Below, piece by piece: positions 26,508-39,902 of a DNA stretch of 64,000 bases. The stretch comes from Lama guanicoe (lineage: Eukaryota): positions 744,848 through 808,847 of the forward strand of contig MU054220.1 in assembly GCA_013239625.1 (NCBI GenBank), given 5' to 3'. The notes below the pieces were generated by a model, which did not search any database, had not been told where the DNA came from, and saw nothing but the letters and a program-made list of their open reading frames with translations. The translations under genes and the position numbers were made by a program. The stretch's first letter is position 1. The number at the start of each line of letters is the position of its first letter.

Positions 26508-28809
26508 TATTCATTAATCATACAAAGATCATGGTCTGAATTTCTTGGTATAAAAACTAGAGCAGCCACTGTACCTGTGGAGTGTGTCCTTAACACTCCT
26601 GCCCCAGTGCTTGATTCAGTTCTCTCTTACTTCCTCCATGATGTTTCCATCTCTTCAAACTCCTCATACCTGTCACCTGTGAAACATCTATAGGGCAACA
26701 GTTGATGGGAAATTTACTCAAAAACCATAGGCTGTCCTCGTGAGATCTGGATTCTCCTTCTGGTTCCAACTCCAGGTGACTCTGGTGCGTCAGCTCTGTG
26801 TCCCATGATTCTGAGCCTTCCTCTGTGTCTGTGAGGTTACAAACTGTAAATCTCAGATGGGTCTTGTGAGCTGAGAGGTGCTGCACACAGGTAAGATGTA
26901 TTCCATCTTCCATGAGAATTTACATTTGAACCCTCAGCTCTAACTGGAAAGAAAGACAATGGCGATGATAATCTACCATAAGCAGACCATTTAGGGAAAT
27001 GTATATGTTGTTGTTCACATGCCCTCCCTGGTACCTCCCATAATACAGATGCTATTCGTGTGAGTCTTGTCACTGAGCCTGCCGCAGTGCCTGGCCCAAT
27101 GCCTGCAGTTTCTGAAACCTATTAGGTGACTAGTAAATGCTTAGAGAATCGCCATTCTCCGTGGGTAAGAATGCAACTGCTACCCAGACCACAAACCTAC
27201 CAGGAATTAAAGTGTGTTTGTCCCCTTGCTCTGTTTATCATTGTTTATCTGCTTCTCTATAAGAAACATAAATAAAAATCTGAAAAGAAGCTGTATTCCA
27301 GTTTAATAGTTTCTAACACATTTATAGGGTAAATATGAAAATATGAATCACCTCTAGTTATGAGTAAGTTACGGGATCATTTTACTCTCAACATAATTAC
27401 AGTGTTTTTTAATTGATAATTCTCATTCTTCAAAATTCTGTTCCACACACAATTTAATATTGACATATTGAGTGAATTTACAGGCTTTGTAGACTTGGGG
27501 AGAAAACCAAACTCTTGCATAGGTGTTCAGTACACAAGGATCTGTCACACAAAGGGAATCCCAATTTTCAAAATTCAAAAAATAATAAAAAATGAAAGAG
27601 TCTGCTAGATACAACAGAGAGATAGATGATATACTTATATGTGTATAAACACGCACAACACAGACACATGTAAAATCTATTACTTCCTGTAAATACCTGC
27701 TACAAGTTCACTCCTTCAACACATATTCCCTGGACATATATTAATGTATGTTTGTTCACACAATCACGAAAAGTATTGCTCTTAAATGCCTGTGATGTCT
27801 GAAATTGCATTACCAGACAGCAGCAACTCATCCCTCCATGATGTGAGTGGCCTTCCCACCCCTTTATGTTTCTGCTACAGGCGTTCCCATGCCTCCTTCT
27901 CCCTTCTTCCCACAGCATCCATCATCCATCATTCCTGGTTACAAGACACGGCATTACTAATACAATGAGGAAATCTGGGGACAAAAATTTCCCAAAGAAG
28001 AGGGAAAACATAAGCATAATAAAATGTATTCGACCAAAAATGTCTTTTCCTTTGAAGGATACATGTTTAAAGCTTTATTTTTTCAATTATCCAAAACGAA
28101 AACTTTACACATATGAGGAAACAGAGTGCTGCAGCTGCAGTACCTCCCCTTGTTGTGAGGTGGGAGCCCTCAGCAGAGAGGAAACAAGAAGACTGCACAT
28201 AGAGAAAGCATTAGACATAGTTAATAAAAGTGATTTAGAAATACCTAGGAAGAAATGGAAATCACTTTTTCCTTTTCCTTTGGCTCCACGGTATTCTTTC
28301 AAGGAATAAACCCTAAAGGAAAATATTTTTAGAAGAGAAATGTCATTATTTATAGATGTGATCAACACTATTTTTAAGAGCTGTGAAAAATTTAGAAACT
28401 ACATGGAATGTTCAATATTGGAGAGATGGGTGACTAAAATATAGTGCATCTCCTTGATTCATGTGCACTTTTTACCAGAGGTGTTTAAAAAGGTTGTGCC
28501 ATATCATAGGAAAATTCTTACATTGTTTTCTTAACTAAGGAAAATTTGGGATGTGAATTTGAATTATGTAATAATTCTAACTAATTTAATTCTAATTATA
28601 TTATTATCATAACTTAAATATCTCTCACTGAGAAAAAAAATATTTTATTTCTAAATTAATGTTATTGCAGTTGAGTCTCTCTTGATGTTTTCATGCTGAA
28701 GAGGGATTGAAGTCATAGATTGGTGAGGATGAGGGGTGATCATATAATTTGTAAGATCCATTTAATCTTGAAAGTCTATGATTATATGATATCGTGGGGA
28801 AAAAATAAA

Positions 28810-29140
28810 CCTTACCTATGAAGTTGTCTGACACAGCTCTATGGCCAGGGCCCCAGGCAGCTGCTAGTTCACCAAGAAAGAAGTAAAGTTGTAAGATTAA
28901 AAATGCCTCCTAGCTCAGCTATAATAAGTGTCTTTGCTGATTTATAAGCAGTACCTTTGGATAAGGCATTTTTCTTGAAACTTCAAAGTGCTACCACATT
29001 TCCTGTTTATAGCCCAATTCTGTGAAGTTTCTATCTGTGACTAATTGGACCTCAGGGGTACTTCACCACCATTAGTAGATCTTGCGAACAACCTAATTAT
29101 TGCATATAACTGAATTTCAGAGGAGAACTCCTAGAGCATT
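28810..29140 (-). promoter_or_regulatory. Candidate promoter and first exon of the OR at 25525-26451
   Basis: Donor TAG|GTAAGG (GT at 28815-28814). A homeodomain site TAATTG abuts an O/E-like ACCTCAGGGG at 29042-29058, with a further TAATTA at ~29094. Confidence 0.45.
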
Positions 29141-31184
29141 CATGTTGTTTTTGAACTCCTCCTTAAACCTGCATGAAGGCAAAACACTATGACGAGAGAA
29201 AAACATCATCAGTTTGACCACTTCTGAATTTAGGTATTTGATAACAAATGAGCATAATATGGAGTCCAAATATTGACTATTGTATAAACTAATCATTTAG
29301 GTAGGTAACTATCTGACTTTAAAATTTTTCAGGGTAGTATTTCATTTTAGTTGATCTACCATTCATTCTAATCATAATTTTTAAATATTGTTTTCAGATG
29401 TGCAAGTGATCATTATGAACCCTATTATAATTATGGCACTTTGGACCTGGTATAGTTTACAGTAGGTTTTTAAAGTGATCGTATTTTGTGTTAATGCTGG
29501 AGTTAGATTAACATGATAATGATGAAAATAATTCAATTTTTCAATTATATTTGGAGATGGTAAAATGCAATTTTGTCATTTAATCTAACAGTAGACCTAT
29601 GGAAAATGAAAAATGTGCAATAATATTCACAACTGATAACAAGAAAATATAAGGCATTGAATAAGAACACCATTTGGCAAGAGGAAATAAGAAACCAGAC
29701 CAGGAAACCCTGGGCCAGGATTCTTATCTTTAAATGATTGCTTTACATTGAAAGTGTCCTGATGTTGTTAAGCTGCCACCAACTGTAAGACTTATTGCAA
29801 TTATCTACTAAAATAAATAAATTTGAATATGTGACATTATTTTGTAAATAAATTTAACCAATTCAAATCAACTCAGGAATATTCCTATATAGAACTACAC
29901 TCACTCAACATGTTAAAATATGCTTCCTTTAAAAAGAAGAAAAATTAATTGTGCATAACTCTGGATTGGATCTAGAGGATGTGGTCACTGTCAGCAGGCT
30001 GTGTGTCATGAAGGAAAAGAGTTTAAGAAAACTGAAACCACATGACTTAACCTAGTTTGACTAGACACTTTAATAGCATAATGCTGTAATAATATGTGTG
30101 ATGATAGATGCCAAAGACTGAATGAGGATGTGAAACTACCTAAAGAACTATAAGGAGTATGGATTTTGTGGAAGTGTCAGTGTGAAAATGGTTTTCAACT
30201 TGAACTTGTCTTTTAATTATGTAATGAAAACTAGAATCAGATCAGAGAATTGGCATGTACAGAGTCATCATTCCCAACCTCATAAAAGCTTGACATCCAT
30301 TCACAGTGGCCAGTTAAGTGGCCTTCCAGCCTCTACTTAAATATCTACAGTTTGGGGCAGAGAGATTGCTTTAGAACCCCAACCCTTGCCTAGTCTAGCT
30401 CCCCAAGCCCTAGAGAAGCATGACATGGAAGGAGAGCAGAGTAAGGTGTCAATCAATGAGGACTGTCCAGGAAAATTTTTTCAAAAGAGGAGTTGCTGGA
30501 GCTATACCAGGAAAGTCCATATACAGAATACAAATCCAAGGCCAGAGTCATTTAAAACCCTGGAGAGTCACAGGTTCTCAAACATGAAGGGTAATTCAGA
30601 AAAAAGGCAGAAGAAATCATATGAAGATCTTATCACAGTTGACCAGAAACTAGGTGAGGTATGGTTTGATAGGTTCAGGGAATAATTTCACAAAAACCAA
30701 ATAAATACCTGGCAAAGTATTCTGACAGCAGCTTAATGCATTTCACTAGGTAGAAAAAAACATGTTCTCAAAAATAAGAAAGCACTTAAGAGCAGAGCTC
30801 ATGTTGTCTTAGTCCAATCCAGAGACAACTGTACCCAAAAGGACATCTGCAAGATTGTTCACCACAAAGAGAAAAGCTTTGGGAAGTAGACTGTGGTGTC
30901 ATAACTCTTCCAATTTTACTTCTAATTGAAGTAGAAGCAAATATGACAACACTTATGGCAATAAATGTAGTGGCTTGGGCAGATCACAAAACTTGGAAAC
31001 ACCTTCCAATTTACCTAAGTTAACTACTTCTAGAAATAGGGGAAGCTGTTCCAGATTATGGGAGAAGATAACGGCTTAGTGTGAAATAAAACTAGCGTCT
31101 GCTGATCCTAAAGCTAGTGCTCCTATGCTCCACCACGTTTTTATTCATAATATACTTGCTAAATATTGTTACATCAAAGAGTCC

Positions 31185-31558
31185 NNNNNNNNNNNNNNNN
31201 NNNNNNNNNNNNNNNNNNNNNNNNNNNNNNNNNNNNNNNNNNNNNNNNNNNNNNNNNNNNNNNNNNNNNNNNNNNNNNNNNNNNNNNNNNNNNNNNNNNN
31301 NNNNNNNNNNNNNNNNNNNNNNNNNNNNNNNNNNNNNNNNNNNNNNNNNNNNNNNNNNNNNNNNNNNNNNNNNNNNNNNNNNNNNNNNNNNNNNNNNNNN
31401 NNNNNNNNNNNNNNNNNNNNNNNNNNNNNNNNNNNNNNNNNNNNNNNNNNNNNNNNNNNNNNNNNNNNNNNNNNNNNNNNNNNNNNNNNNNNNNNNNNNN
31501 NNNNNNNNNNNNNNNNNNNNNNNNNNNNNNNNNNNNNNNNNNNNNNNNNNNNNNNNNN
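31185..31558. other. Assembly gap (N run)
   Basis: 374 N characters. Confidence 1.
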
Positions 31559-32135
31559 ACATAATCAAAGCCCCCCAAAATTCTGTATAATGAAACGATC
31601 ACAGGGTGTGGAGTAAGAGTATTTGGGCTCAAAGCTGACTTTCATGTTCTATTATCTAGTAATTTAACTTTTCTGATCTGATCTATAGCAAACTTCATTT
31701 TTGAAAAGAGACAAACTAATTCACAATAGAGTCTAATAACTTAGGTAAGGTATCTGAGAAGTACTTTTTTGATCAACTGTGGATTAAATATTCCTGTTTT
31801 TTCATATCTATCATAAACATTCTCCTAAAGCAGTTTTCAAAAATGATTCTAGATTCAAAGAAATAAATGTAAAGCCAACTTTCTAATAGTAAAATTGTTT
31901 TACAAATATATTTTACTATCTGCCTTTGAAAAACATCTGCATATGATTGCTAATATAATATAGTGTAACTTCCTATGGTATATAATCAAAAATATATTTA
32001 TATACCAAAACATAATCAAATACTAGCCCCCCAAAATTCTGTGTAATGAAACGATCACAGGGTGTGGAGTAAGAGTATTTGGGCTCAAAGCTGACTTTCA
32101 TGTTCTATTATCTAGTAATTTAACTTTTCTGATCT
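31559..32135. repeat. ~120-bp direct repeat (31559-31679 vs 32010-32135) abutting the gap
   Basis: The two copies differ by a 5-bp indel (TACTA) and one substitution. Confidence 0.9.
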
Positions 32136-32974
32136 TCCTTTTCTTTTTTTTTGTAAAATAAGAACACTAAATTTTAACTTTATAATGCTGTTGCGACAAT
32201 TTGATTACACTTTAAATTTTTCATGTCAGTCTTAACATAGTAAAATCAATTTTTATAATCACTGACAAATTTTACCAAACAAAACAAGAAATCCAATATA
32301 ATTTTAAATATTAGGTATGTCAGGTGTGTGCCAAGAGAACACTGGCAAATATCTTTTTTCTATAATATATTCCACATCATCCTTGATACCAACAAGCTAT
32401 ACAGCTTTCTGAGTAACAACTGCTTATATACACAAGCACATTATACAATTCTATAATCAAAAAGGAAAGTTTTCAGTTACAGTAAAACAAGAGAGGTTCT
32501 AATAAAATGTTGTGTTATTTCTGTTACACGTGGTTGGAAAATAAGAAAATTGAGACAAGGAGAAGTGAAGCCTTGTATCCCAGGACATACAGTTAATAAG
32601 GAGCAGACCTGAAGATATAATTCATGACAGTCTGACCTCAATTCTTGATCTTGATCTTGGCCTCACATTACCTCCCACATAAAAACTTACCAAATAATTA
32701 GTCAGATATTTCTTTAACATTTATCCTTCAACAAAGGCTTTCAGAAGACTGTTTCTCATCTTAAGTTGTGGAGGCATTGAATAATGGTTTCAAAGTACAC
32801 TTGGGAATTTGAAAGATGACATCTTCTTCCTCTGAGAATTTCTCATCTCCTCTCTCAGGAGAATTAAGAATTGTACAGTAATTTTATTTACTTTGTTAAG
32901 TCAGTTAATAACATATAACTTTGTCCATTTCTAATGTTCCCTAAATTTGCTATTTAGAAAAGTATAATGTGAAT

Positions 32975-33725
32975 ATGGAGTGGCTGTGGAGAACAGGGAA
33001 CACTCCTACACTGTTGGTGGGAATGTAGTTTGATGCAGCCATTATGGAAAACAGTATGGAGATTCCTATAAAACTAAAAATAGACAACTGTATGATCCAA
33101 CAATCCCACTCCTAAGCATATATCTGGAGGAAACTCTAATTTGAAAAGATACATGCACCCCAATGTTCATAGCAGCACTATTTACAATAGCCAAGACATG
33201 GCAACAATCTAAATGTCCATCACCAGATGACTGGATAAAGAAATTATGATATATTTATATAATGGAATACTACTTAGCCATAAAAAATACCATTTGCAGT
33301 GAAATGGATGGACCAGGAGATCATCTTTCTAAGTGAAGTAAGACTGAAAGAGAAAGAAAAATACTGTATGATATCACTTACATGTGGAATCTTAAAAAAA
33401 GATACAAATGGACTTATTTACAAAACAGAAACAGACTCACAGACATGAAAAACAAACTTAGGGTTACCAGGGTGACAGGGGGTGGTAAGGGGTATTGGGA
33501 GTTCAAGATTTGTAGATACTATTATATATAAAATACGTAAAAAAAAAGTCTATACTGCAGAATCCATGGAAATATATTCAGTATCTTGTAGTAACCTATA
33601 ATGAAAAAGAATATGAAAAAGAATATGTGTTTGTATATGTATGTCTGAAACATTATGCTGTGCACAGAGAACTGATGCAATATTGTAAACTGACTATACT
33701 TCAATAATTTTCAAAATTAAAACAA
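32975..33725 (+). mobile_element. 5'-truncated lineage-specific L1 (ORF2 C-terminus plus 3' UTR)
   Basis: CTCCTACACTGTTGGTGGGAATGTA, ACATGCACCCCAATGTTCATAGCAGCACTATTTACAATAGCCAAGACATGG and terminal ACTGACTATACTTCAATAA. Confidence 0.9.
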
Positions 33726-34837
33726 AAATTATAAAACCATGTGACAAGCACTTCTTGAATTTTCTTTCATATTTAATCTGAAGGTAACCCTATGAGATGA
33801 ATATATTATTCCAAATTCATAGATATGAAAGCAAAGGGTCAGAAAAATTTATTTCACCTGTCTAGGCTGGTGTAACCAGTAAGTAGTAGAAATAAAAGCC
33901 TGTTTCTGCTGTTTTAGTTCCTAGCTGTTAGCTGTATAATTTAAGAGCTGAAATCTCTGGAAAGTGTTGGGTATGGTTCACCATAATCAGAATAATATTC
34001 CTGGATTTCATACTATATTATAAATGAGCTCTCTAAGAACTTGAGTACATGGAAGTCAGAGTCTGATCTACAAATAAACAAACATGTAATAAAATCATGG
34101 GCATTGAGAATTGAAAGGGTTATAAGGGAGTATCTAATTCACTATTTTTATTTTGCAGTAAAAAACCTGAGACCCAGGGAAGGAAAGGAACATATCTAAA
34201 ATTTCACATTCTGATGCTGGCAGCTTAAAAATAAAATTCAGGTTTCCTAAATTCCAACCTGTTTTATCTTTTCTCTACACGGAATAGCTGATATTCTTAC
34301 TTGTTCCAGAGTAATTCAAACAAAAGGCATTGTTGCATTTGCCCAATTGGTCTCTGTAATTACTTCAATAAGCCTCATTGTTTTCCAAGCGAGATGTGCC
34401 TGGGGAAATGAAGCTGTTGAGAGGTCCTAAACAAATACACCTTTGATTCTATCCTATAGGATTTTCTCATATAAAAGAAAATCACACAAAGAAAAGATAT
34501 TTTTAAATGAGATTTTTCTTTAAAAAAGAACAGGATTTTTTTTTAAGCTCCAATTTTCCGTATCAATTTAGTATGTCTCTCCATTTTATCCTTAAGCCAA
34601 ACAAATAAATTATGTGGGAACATGATAAGATGCTATTTCCTGTATATATCAGATCTCTTTGTCAGCATAAGAATGTGGTGTTGCTTTTTCTTTACTATTT
34701 GGAAAGGGAGATTAGTTCCAAATACTTCTACCCAGTCCTTTATATTGAAATAAATTTACTCATGCATCAGGGACCCAATATGGAAATTTATGCCTTCTGT
34801 AGAATACCCATAGTCCACTAGATATGCAGAGCTGGCC

Positions 34838-35202
34838 TGTTGAGAGAGTTTTGGGCCAATATTCTCACCTTGTAAAGCAGTTAATAAATAGAAATTCAAT
34901 TACATAGAGTTGGGAGACCATGAGGGGGAACTCTTCTGCAACATAGCAGAAACCAACAAAAGAAGAAAGACTCTTCTTTCCCGACAAGGGCTCAGCCAAT
35001 GAAAAGTCATGGGCCCTTTACTTACAATAGCCCTCCCAAATCCCTTTACCCCTTTATGAAAGCATTCTCCTTTCCTTGCCATGGAGGGAATTGCCTGTGG
35101 TTCAACATGGTTACAGGTCTCAAATTGCAATTCTTGCTGATGCCAAACAAGCCCATTTTTTTGGAAAAAAAAATCTAGTTATCTGTGTGTTTCAGATCAA
35201 CA
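34838..35202 (+). mobile_element. ERV solo LTR (ERV1-like)
   Basis: Inverted termini TGTTGA...TCAACA and a CCAAT box (CAGCCAATGAAAAG) in LTR-like sequence. The TSD is degenerate. Confidence 0.65.
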
Positions 35203-35780
35203 GACATCAGTTAGCTTTCTGACCAATGGACCACAGTGGCATTCTGCCACCCAGGAGTGAGTGTTAGCTTAGAATCTGCCTCAAGTAATCTCCAGAAAGA
35301 TTTGAGTATTTCTGTTTACCCAGAGCACAATTACCCCAGTAAATGGCCTCAGCTCCCTCAGAGAAAGATTAGATTGAAGATCCACATCACCTATTTGTGG
35401 TGCTATCACAGAGTTCTCATTCAAAATTACCTGAAGTAGCCTTCATTAAAAAAAAAAAAAAAAAACTCTGGTTTGGAAATTATCCACATCAGGTGATTGG
35501 ATGAGGAGCCATGATTTTTCCGAATTGAATCTGTTGACTCAATTCAGACCACTGTTCACCAACTCTAGATTATATTTGATCACCATCATCATCATCATGT
35601 TAGTTGGCTTGGGTTTTCACAATAAAATACTTCAAATTGGGTATCTTAAACAACAGACATTTATTTTCTTACTGTTGTGGAACCTGGACATCCAAGATCA
35701 AGGTGCCTGCAGGGTTGGTTTATGGTGAGAACTTTCTTCACAGTTTGAAGATGGCACCGTCTCTGTCCCCTACCTCACAT

Positions 35781-37021
35781 TGGAGGAGAATTAATAAAAT
35801 GGCCACACTTAGGCTAACAGATTGCTTATTCTTACACTTGCCCTTAACACGGGCAACTAACCAGACTGACTGGGTGCTACTCACAGCTCCAGGCCCACTG
35901 TTAAAGCAAAGTTATTAATTCTACTGTCTCTACTTTACTCCAGTAATCAAAAGTAACAATAATGCTTGGTCTCTGGGTCATTCACTGGAGAAGGTCACGG
36001 GACTGTAACCTTACAAAATAGCCTGAATTAACAAGAAGACCACAACTTGGGTGCTTATAAAATAAAGAGATGGAAAGAGTGACAACCACTAGGCTCTATA
36101 GAACTAGTCACCTGGAGACACCATGATGCCACTCTGAGTCTAATGAGAAGAAAATAATTCTGTTGATTATTATCAATGCTTTATTGTTTAAGCTATGGCT
36201 GTATAATCACCCTGCCCCATCCCCAAGATGGGTTCACAGTTTTGAAGGCATTAGCCTGCTGTGAACTCCCTTTGCCTGGCAAAGCAATAAAGCTGTCTCT
36301 TTTTTTTCTAAGCTCTAAGACAGACAGGAAGGGGGCAGGGCACAGCCATTCAAGGAATGCTACAGCAATGAACATCAAAATGGTGAAAGATTCAACCCCC
36401 GTGGGCCCTGAGGCTCAAGATGGTGGGTGGTTTGACTTCTAGCAGATCTTGAGCTTCATTATATGCTCACTGTAACATATTAACATGGTGAGTAACATGC
36501 CCACAGGCGCCATGGCAGTCCCAAGGCTAGCCACAAAATGTCAAAGAGTGGGAAATGGCCAAATTCCTGGGAATCCCAGCCCCTTCCCCAGACTAGTTAG
36601 ACTGCTCCTTCCCCTTATTAGCATATGAAGCCACTGAGCCCATAAAAACTGGCAACATGGTGCCTCAGGACCACCACCTCTCTCTCCTCTCTCTTTCTCT
36701 GTTTGGAGACAGCCCACACTCGGTCTATGGAGTGTGTACCTACTTTTAATCTGAGCACCCAACACCCACACCTCGTGGCCTTTCTCTTGCCTTTCAATGT
36801 ATCTCTCTGAATAAATCTACCTTTACTCAACAGTGGCTCACTCTTGAATTCTTTTCTGTGCAAAGCCAATGACCCATACTTGGTGGGGCACATCCCAGGG
36901 GCTCAACCGAAGCCGGGGACATGGCCCTCCTCATGCCACACATCCGTCTTTCCTGCATCAAGACCACATCTTTGAGTTTCAATTAGGCTCATCAGGGATG
37001 GGGGCCAATTTTTCTGCAACA
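35781..37021 (+). mobile_element. ERV1-like solo LTR inserted in the MaLR, itself interrupted by another LTR
   Basis: TG...CA termini, 4-bp TSD ACAT (35777-35780 and 37022-37025), and AATAAA at 36286-36291. Confidence 0.75.
36316..36960 (+). mobile_element. Second ERV solo LTR nested in the previous LTR
   Basis: Has its own TATA-like CATAAAA (~36643) and AATAAA (36810-36815) and ends ...CTGCATCA. The 5' terminus and TSD are degenerate. Confidence 0.65.
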
Positions 37022-37139
37022 ACATGGCCTTTCCTCTAAGCAAACATCAGAGAGCAAGCTCTGGTGTACTTTTCATTTCTTATCAGAACACCAGTTCCAT
37101 TGGATTAGAACTTCACTCTTATTATCTCAAAGAGTACCA

Positions 37140-37388
37140 GCTATTCCAGTCCCTGCTGCTCAAGGCTTTCCAGCCTGCATGACATGTGTGAGTGAAGAAA
37201 CTTTTTAGATGATTTCTGCTTCAGCCAGTTTCTAACTGCAAACTTATCAGAGTAGCTAAGCCTTGAAATCCCTAATGAACTGATCAGATTCCTGACCCAC
37301 TGAAACCATCTGAAATAAAGTGAATGATGATGTTTTAAATCACTAAATTCTGAGGTGATTTTTTTATATGGCAATGGTATCTGTAACA
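37140..37388 (+). mobile_element. MLT1-type MaLR LTR 3' fragment
   Basis: GATTCCTGACCCACTGAAAC...TGTTTTAAATCACTAAATTCTGAGGTGATTT...TAACA. Confidence 0.6.
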
Positions 37389-38956
37389 CTGCTGTAATTT
37401 AGATGCTGTAGTACTGGCTCATGGTAGATACACTAAATGAACAAAATAAAAAGCTAAGAAATAGAATAATAGATACATAGATCTTTATATATGAAAGAAG
37501 TAGTGACATTGCAGGCTAATTGGAAACAGAATTGTTATTCAATAAATGTACTGGGGAAAGCTATTTGCCCTTAAAAGAAAGTAACATATACACCCATCTC
37601 ATACCATACCTAAAAATGTATATCCTATGTGGTTGAAAGATGTAAATATAAAAAAAAAGACTTTAAAATATTTAAAGGATATTATTTTTATACTCAGAGC
37701 AGGGAAGGAATTTGAGAAGTGCATGCAGAGATATTTTACCGAGTCCAGCTTCCTCATCCCTACATACAGCCCAGGTGGGGAATCCTTGATCCCAACCATG
37801 CTCCTTCTAATGAGCATCTTCAAATCCGGCTGTCAGCTCCTCTAAATCTGACAATTTTTGAAGTATTAGATTTCTTTCTAATTAAAAGACCTAGAGTGCT
37901 TTTTATTGCCTTTGCTGTAGAATAAATAAAACTTTATTGTTGGCATCAATTCAATACATCTCAAACATACGGAGGCATTATTATTGCTAAGCACACTGGG
38001 TGATTTCAGTTATAAATTGAGAAAAAAAATGAAGGCATATTTTGGACCTGAGAGTCTAAGTTGTGGGTTGCATTTTGATGGGAAGCTTGTAATGCCAGAG
38101 CCTTAAAAATGCTCTTTGTAATACAGTATTTGATCCCCAAAACCACCATAGAGGTATTGTAAACAGAGAAGATACTTTGATTCATCACTTAAGTCAAGAA
38201 CACATAGTTTATGGAGAATCAGAAAGGCATTTATTATGTAAATCAAAATAATATGTATCCCTGATGTTAAATATTTATTGCATTAAACAAAAAACTCTAA
38301 ACGCAGATAGTTTAATTTAATGAAGGCAGACTCTGAAGATATAAGTGATTTGAATGACTTAAATATATATTCAACTACTGGGGAGGCCACTTGAGCTAGA
38401 TGCACAGCAAGGGGCTGAAAAATTTAATTCTTAGACAAAAACTTGATCAGCAAAGAAAATCAACCACACTCTACTATTACAGCATAAATTTCACAAAGTT
38501 CATGTCTTGTGGATGTATCCTCTGCTATGAACATGTGCTGTGAAATTTTAAATTAATTAATTTGACCGAGAAATTTATTTTTATTGTTAGATTAACATTT
38601 TTAAAACAAACTAAATTTTTAATTTCAAATTTCACTCTCTCAGACTAAAAGGAAACAAGTTCTATTAGGTCGTGTTTCTCTATACCAGGACGGTACCATA
38701 CACCACAAACAAGAACTTGAAATAAAACCAAAAAATTGTTGTCAGCAAAGAATCTTAATAAACTATGAATGCATATATAAGAAATTAAACCTATGCAATT
38801 CTCTTGGTCTTAAGAACTATGAAATATTCCACTTACAAAAAGATTAATTTGTATAGCTGTTTCAGAACAAATAGGCTAAATAATCCAAAGAAAACAATAT
38901 TTTAAATGCAATCACGTATAGTTTAAAGTATTCCATGATTCTGTAAATATCATGTC

Positions 38957-39902
38957 CTACATGAGGGATACAGCCCTTTTCCACCTAAGGTCAGATTTTT
39001 CACTCCAAAGTTTCTTCATGGCATTTTTCATTTCTGCATTTCTCAGGGTGTAGATTAAGGGGTTCAACATGGGAGTTATAAAAATTACAACTACCATCAT
39101 GGATTTGTCAATGGGAAAGTTGACATCAGGCCTTGCATACAGAAAGATACAGGGAACGAAGAATAAAATGACCACCGTCATGTGCGATGCACAGGTGTAG
39201 AGGGCTTTGTGACTTCCTCCCACACCATGCATCTTAAGGGAGTGTAATATGACCCCATAGGAAACTAAGAGAATGAAGAAGACAACAGTGCAGATTGCCC
39301 CTCCATTAGCTCTCATGGAGAGTCCGATGAGGTGGGTGTTGGTGCAAGCAAGTTTCAATAAGGGGTACATGTCACACGCAAAGTTGTCAATGACATTGGG
39401 GCCACAGAAAAGGAGCTGATGAATGAAGAGAAATTGAACCAATGAGTGCAGGAAGCCTCCAGTCCAGGCCACCAGCAGCATGAGTGCACATACCCGCCGA
39501 TTCATGATGACCAAATAATGAAGAGGCTTATAGATGGCTATGTATTGGTCATAGGCCATCACCACCAGAAGAATGACTTCAACACCAGCAAACAGATGAC
39601 CTATAAAGACTTGAGTCATACAAGCCTGGAAGGAAATAGTCTTTTTCTGATGAAGCAAGTTGGTGATCATTTTGGGAGCAATGGCAGCAGAATAGACAGT
39701 ATCTACAAATGATAAATAAGCCAGAAAAAGTACATGGGGGAACCCAGGGACCGGCTGGCCGCGATGGTCACCATGATAAGCAGGTTGCCCGCTATGGTCA
39801 CGAGGTAGACGAGTAAGAAGGGGACAAATAGAACTTTCTGCATCTCAGGGTTCTGTGTGAGCCCCAGCAGGCAAACTCAGTCACATTGTTCCTGTTTTCC
39901 AT
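38957..39902 (-). pseudogene. OR4A15: OR4A15-like olfactory receptor pseudogene
   Basis: True start ATG at 39902 ([10 protein letters not shown]). 1-bp deletions at ~39871 and in the A-run 39725-39729, plus DRY->DQY and AIC->AIY. Body motifs ([23 protein letters not shown]) match recalled human OR4A15. The 237-aa ORF call is the distal remnant. Confidence 0.88.

Larger units (their letters stand above)
35598..37130 (-). mobile_element. MaLR (MLT1/MST-like) LTR split by a nested ERV LTR
   Basis: MLT1-like motifs (AAACAACAGACATTTATTT, CCAAGATCAAGGTGCC). Removing the insert restores CCTCACATGGCCTTTCCTCT. Confidence 0.75.

Noticed and set aside
27866..28309. 147-aa ORF
   Set aside because: No recognisable domain or coding bias. 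It lies in the presumed OR intron and overlaps degenerate repeat-like sequence.
31092..31632. Long ORFs of 132-163 aa
   Set aside because: They consist of X residues from the N-gap.
31674..31685. GATC-containing junction as a Hi-C ligation chimera
   Set aside because: The sequence is GATCTGATC, not the GATCGATC expected from a filled-in MboI/DpnII ligation.
38957..39670. 237-aa ORF as a functional short OR
   Set aside because: It lacks TM1-TM2 and is the remnant downstream of two frameshifts, with DRY and a conserved Cys also mutated.
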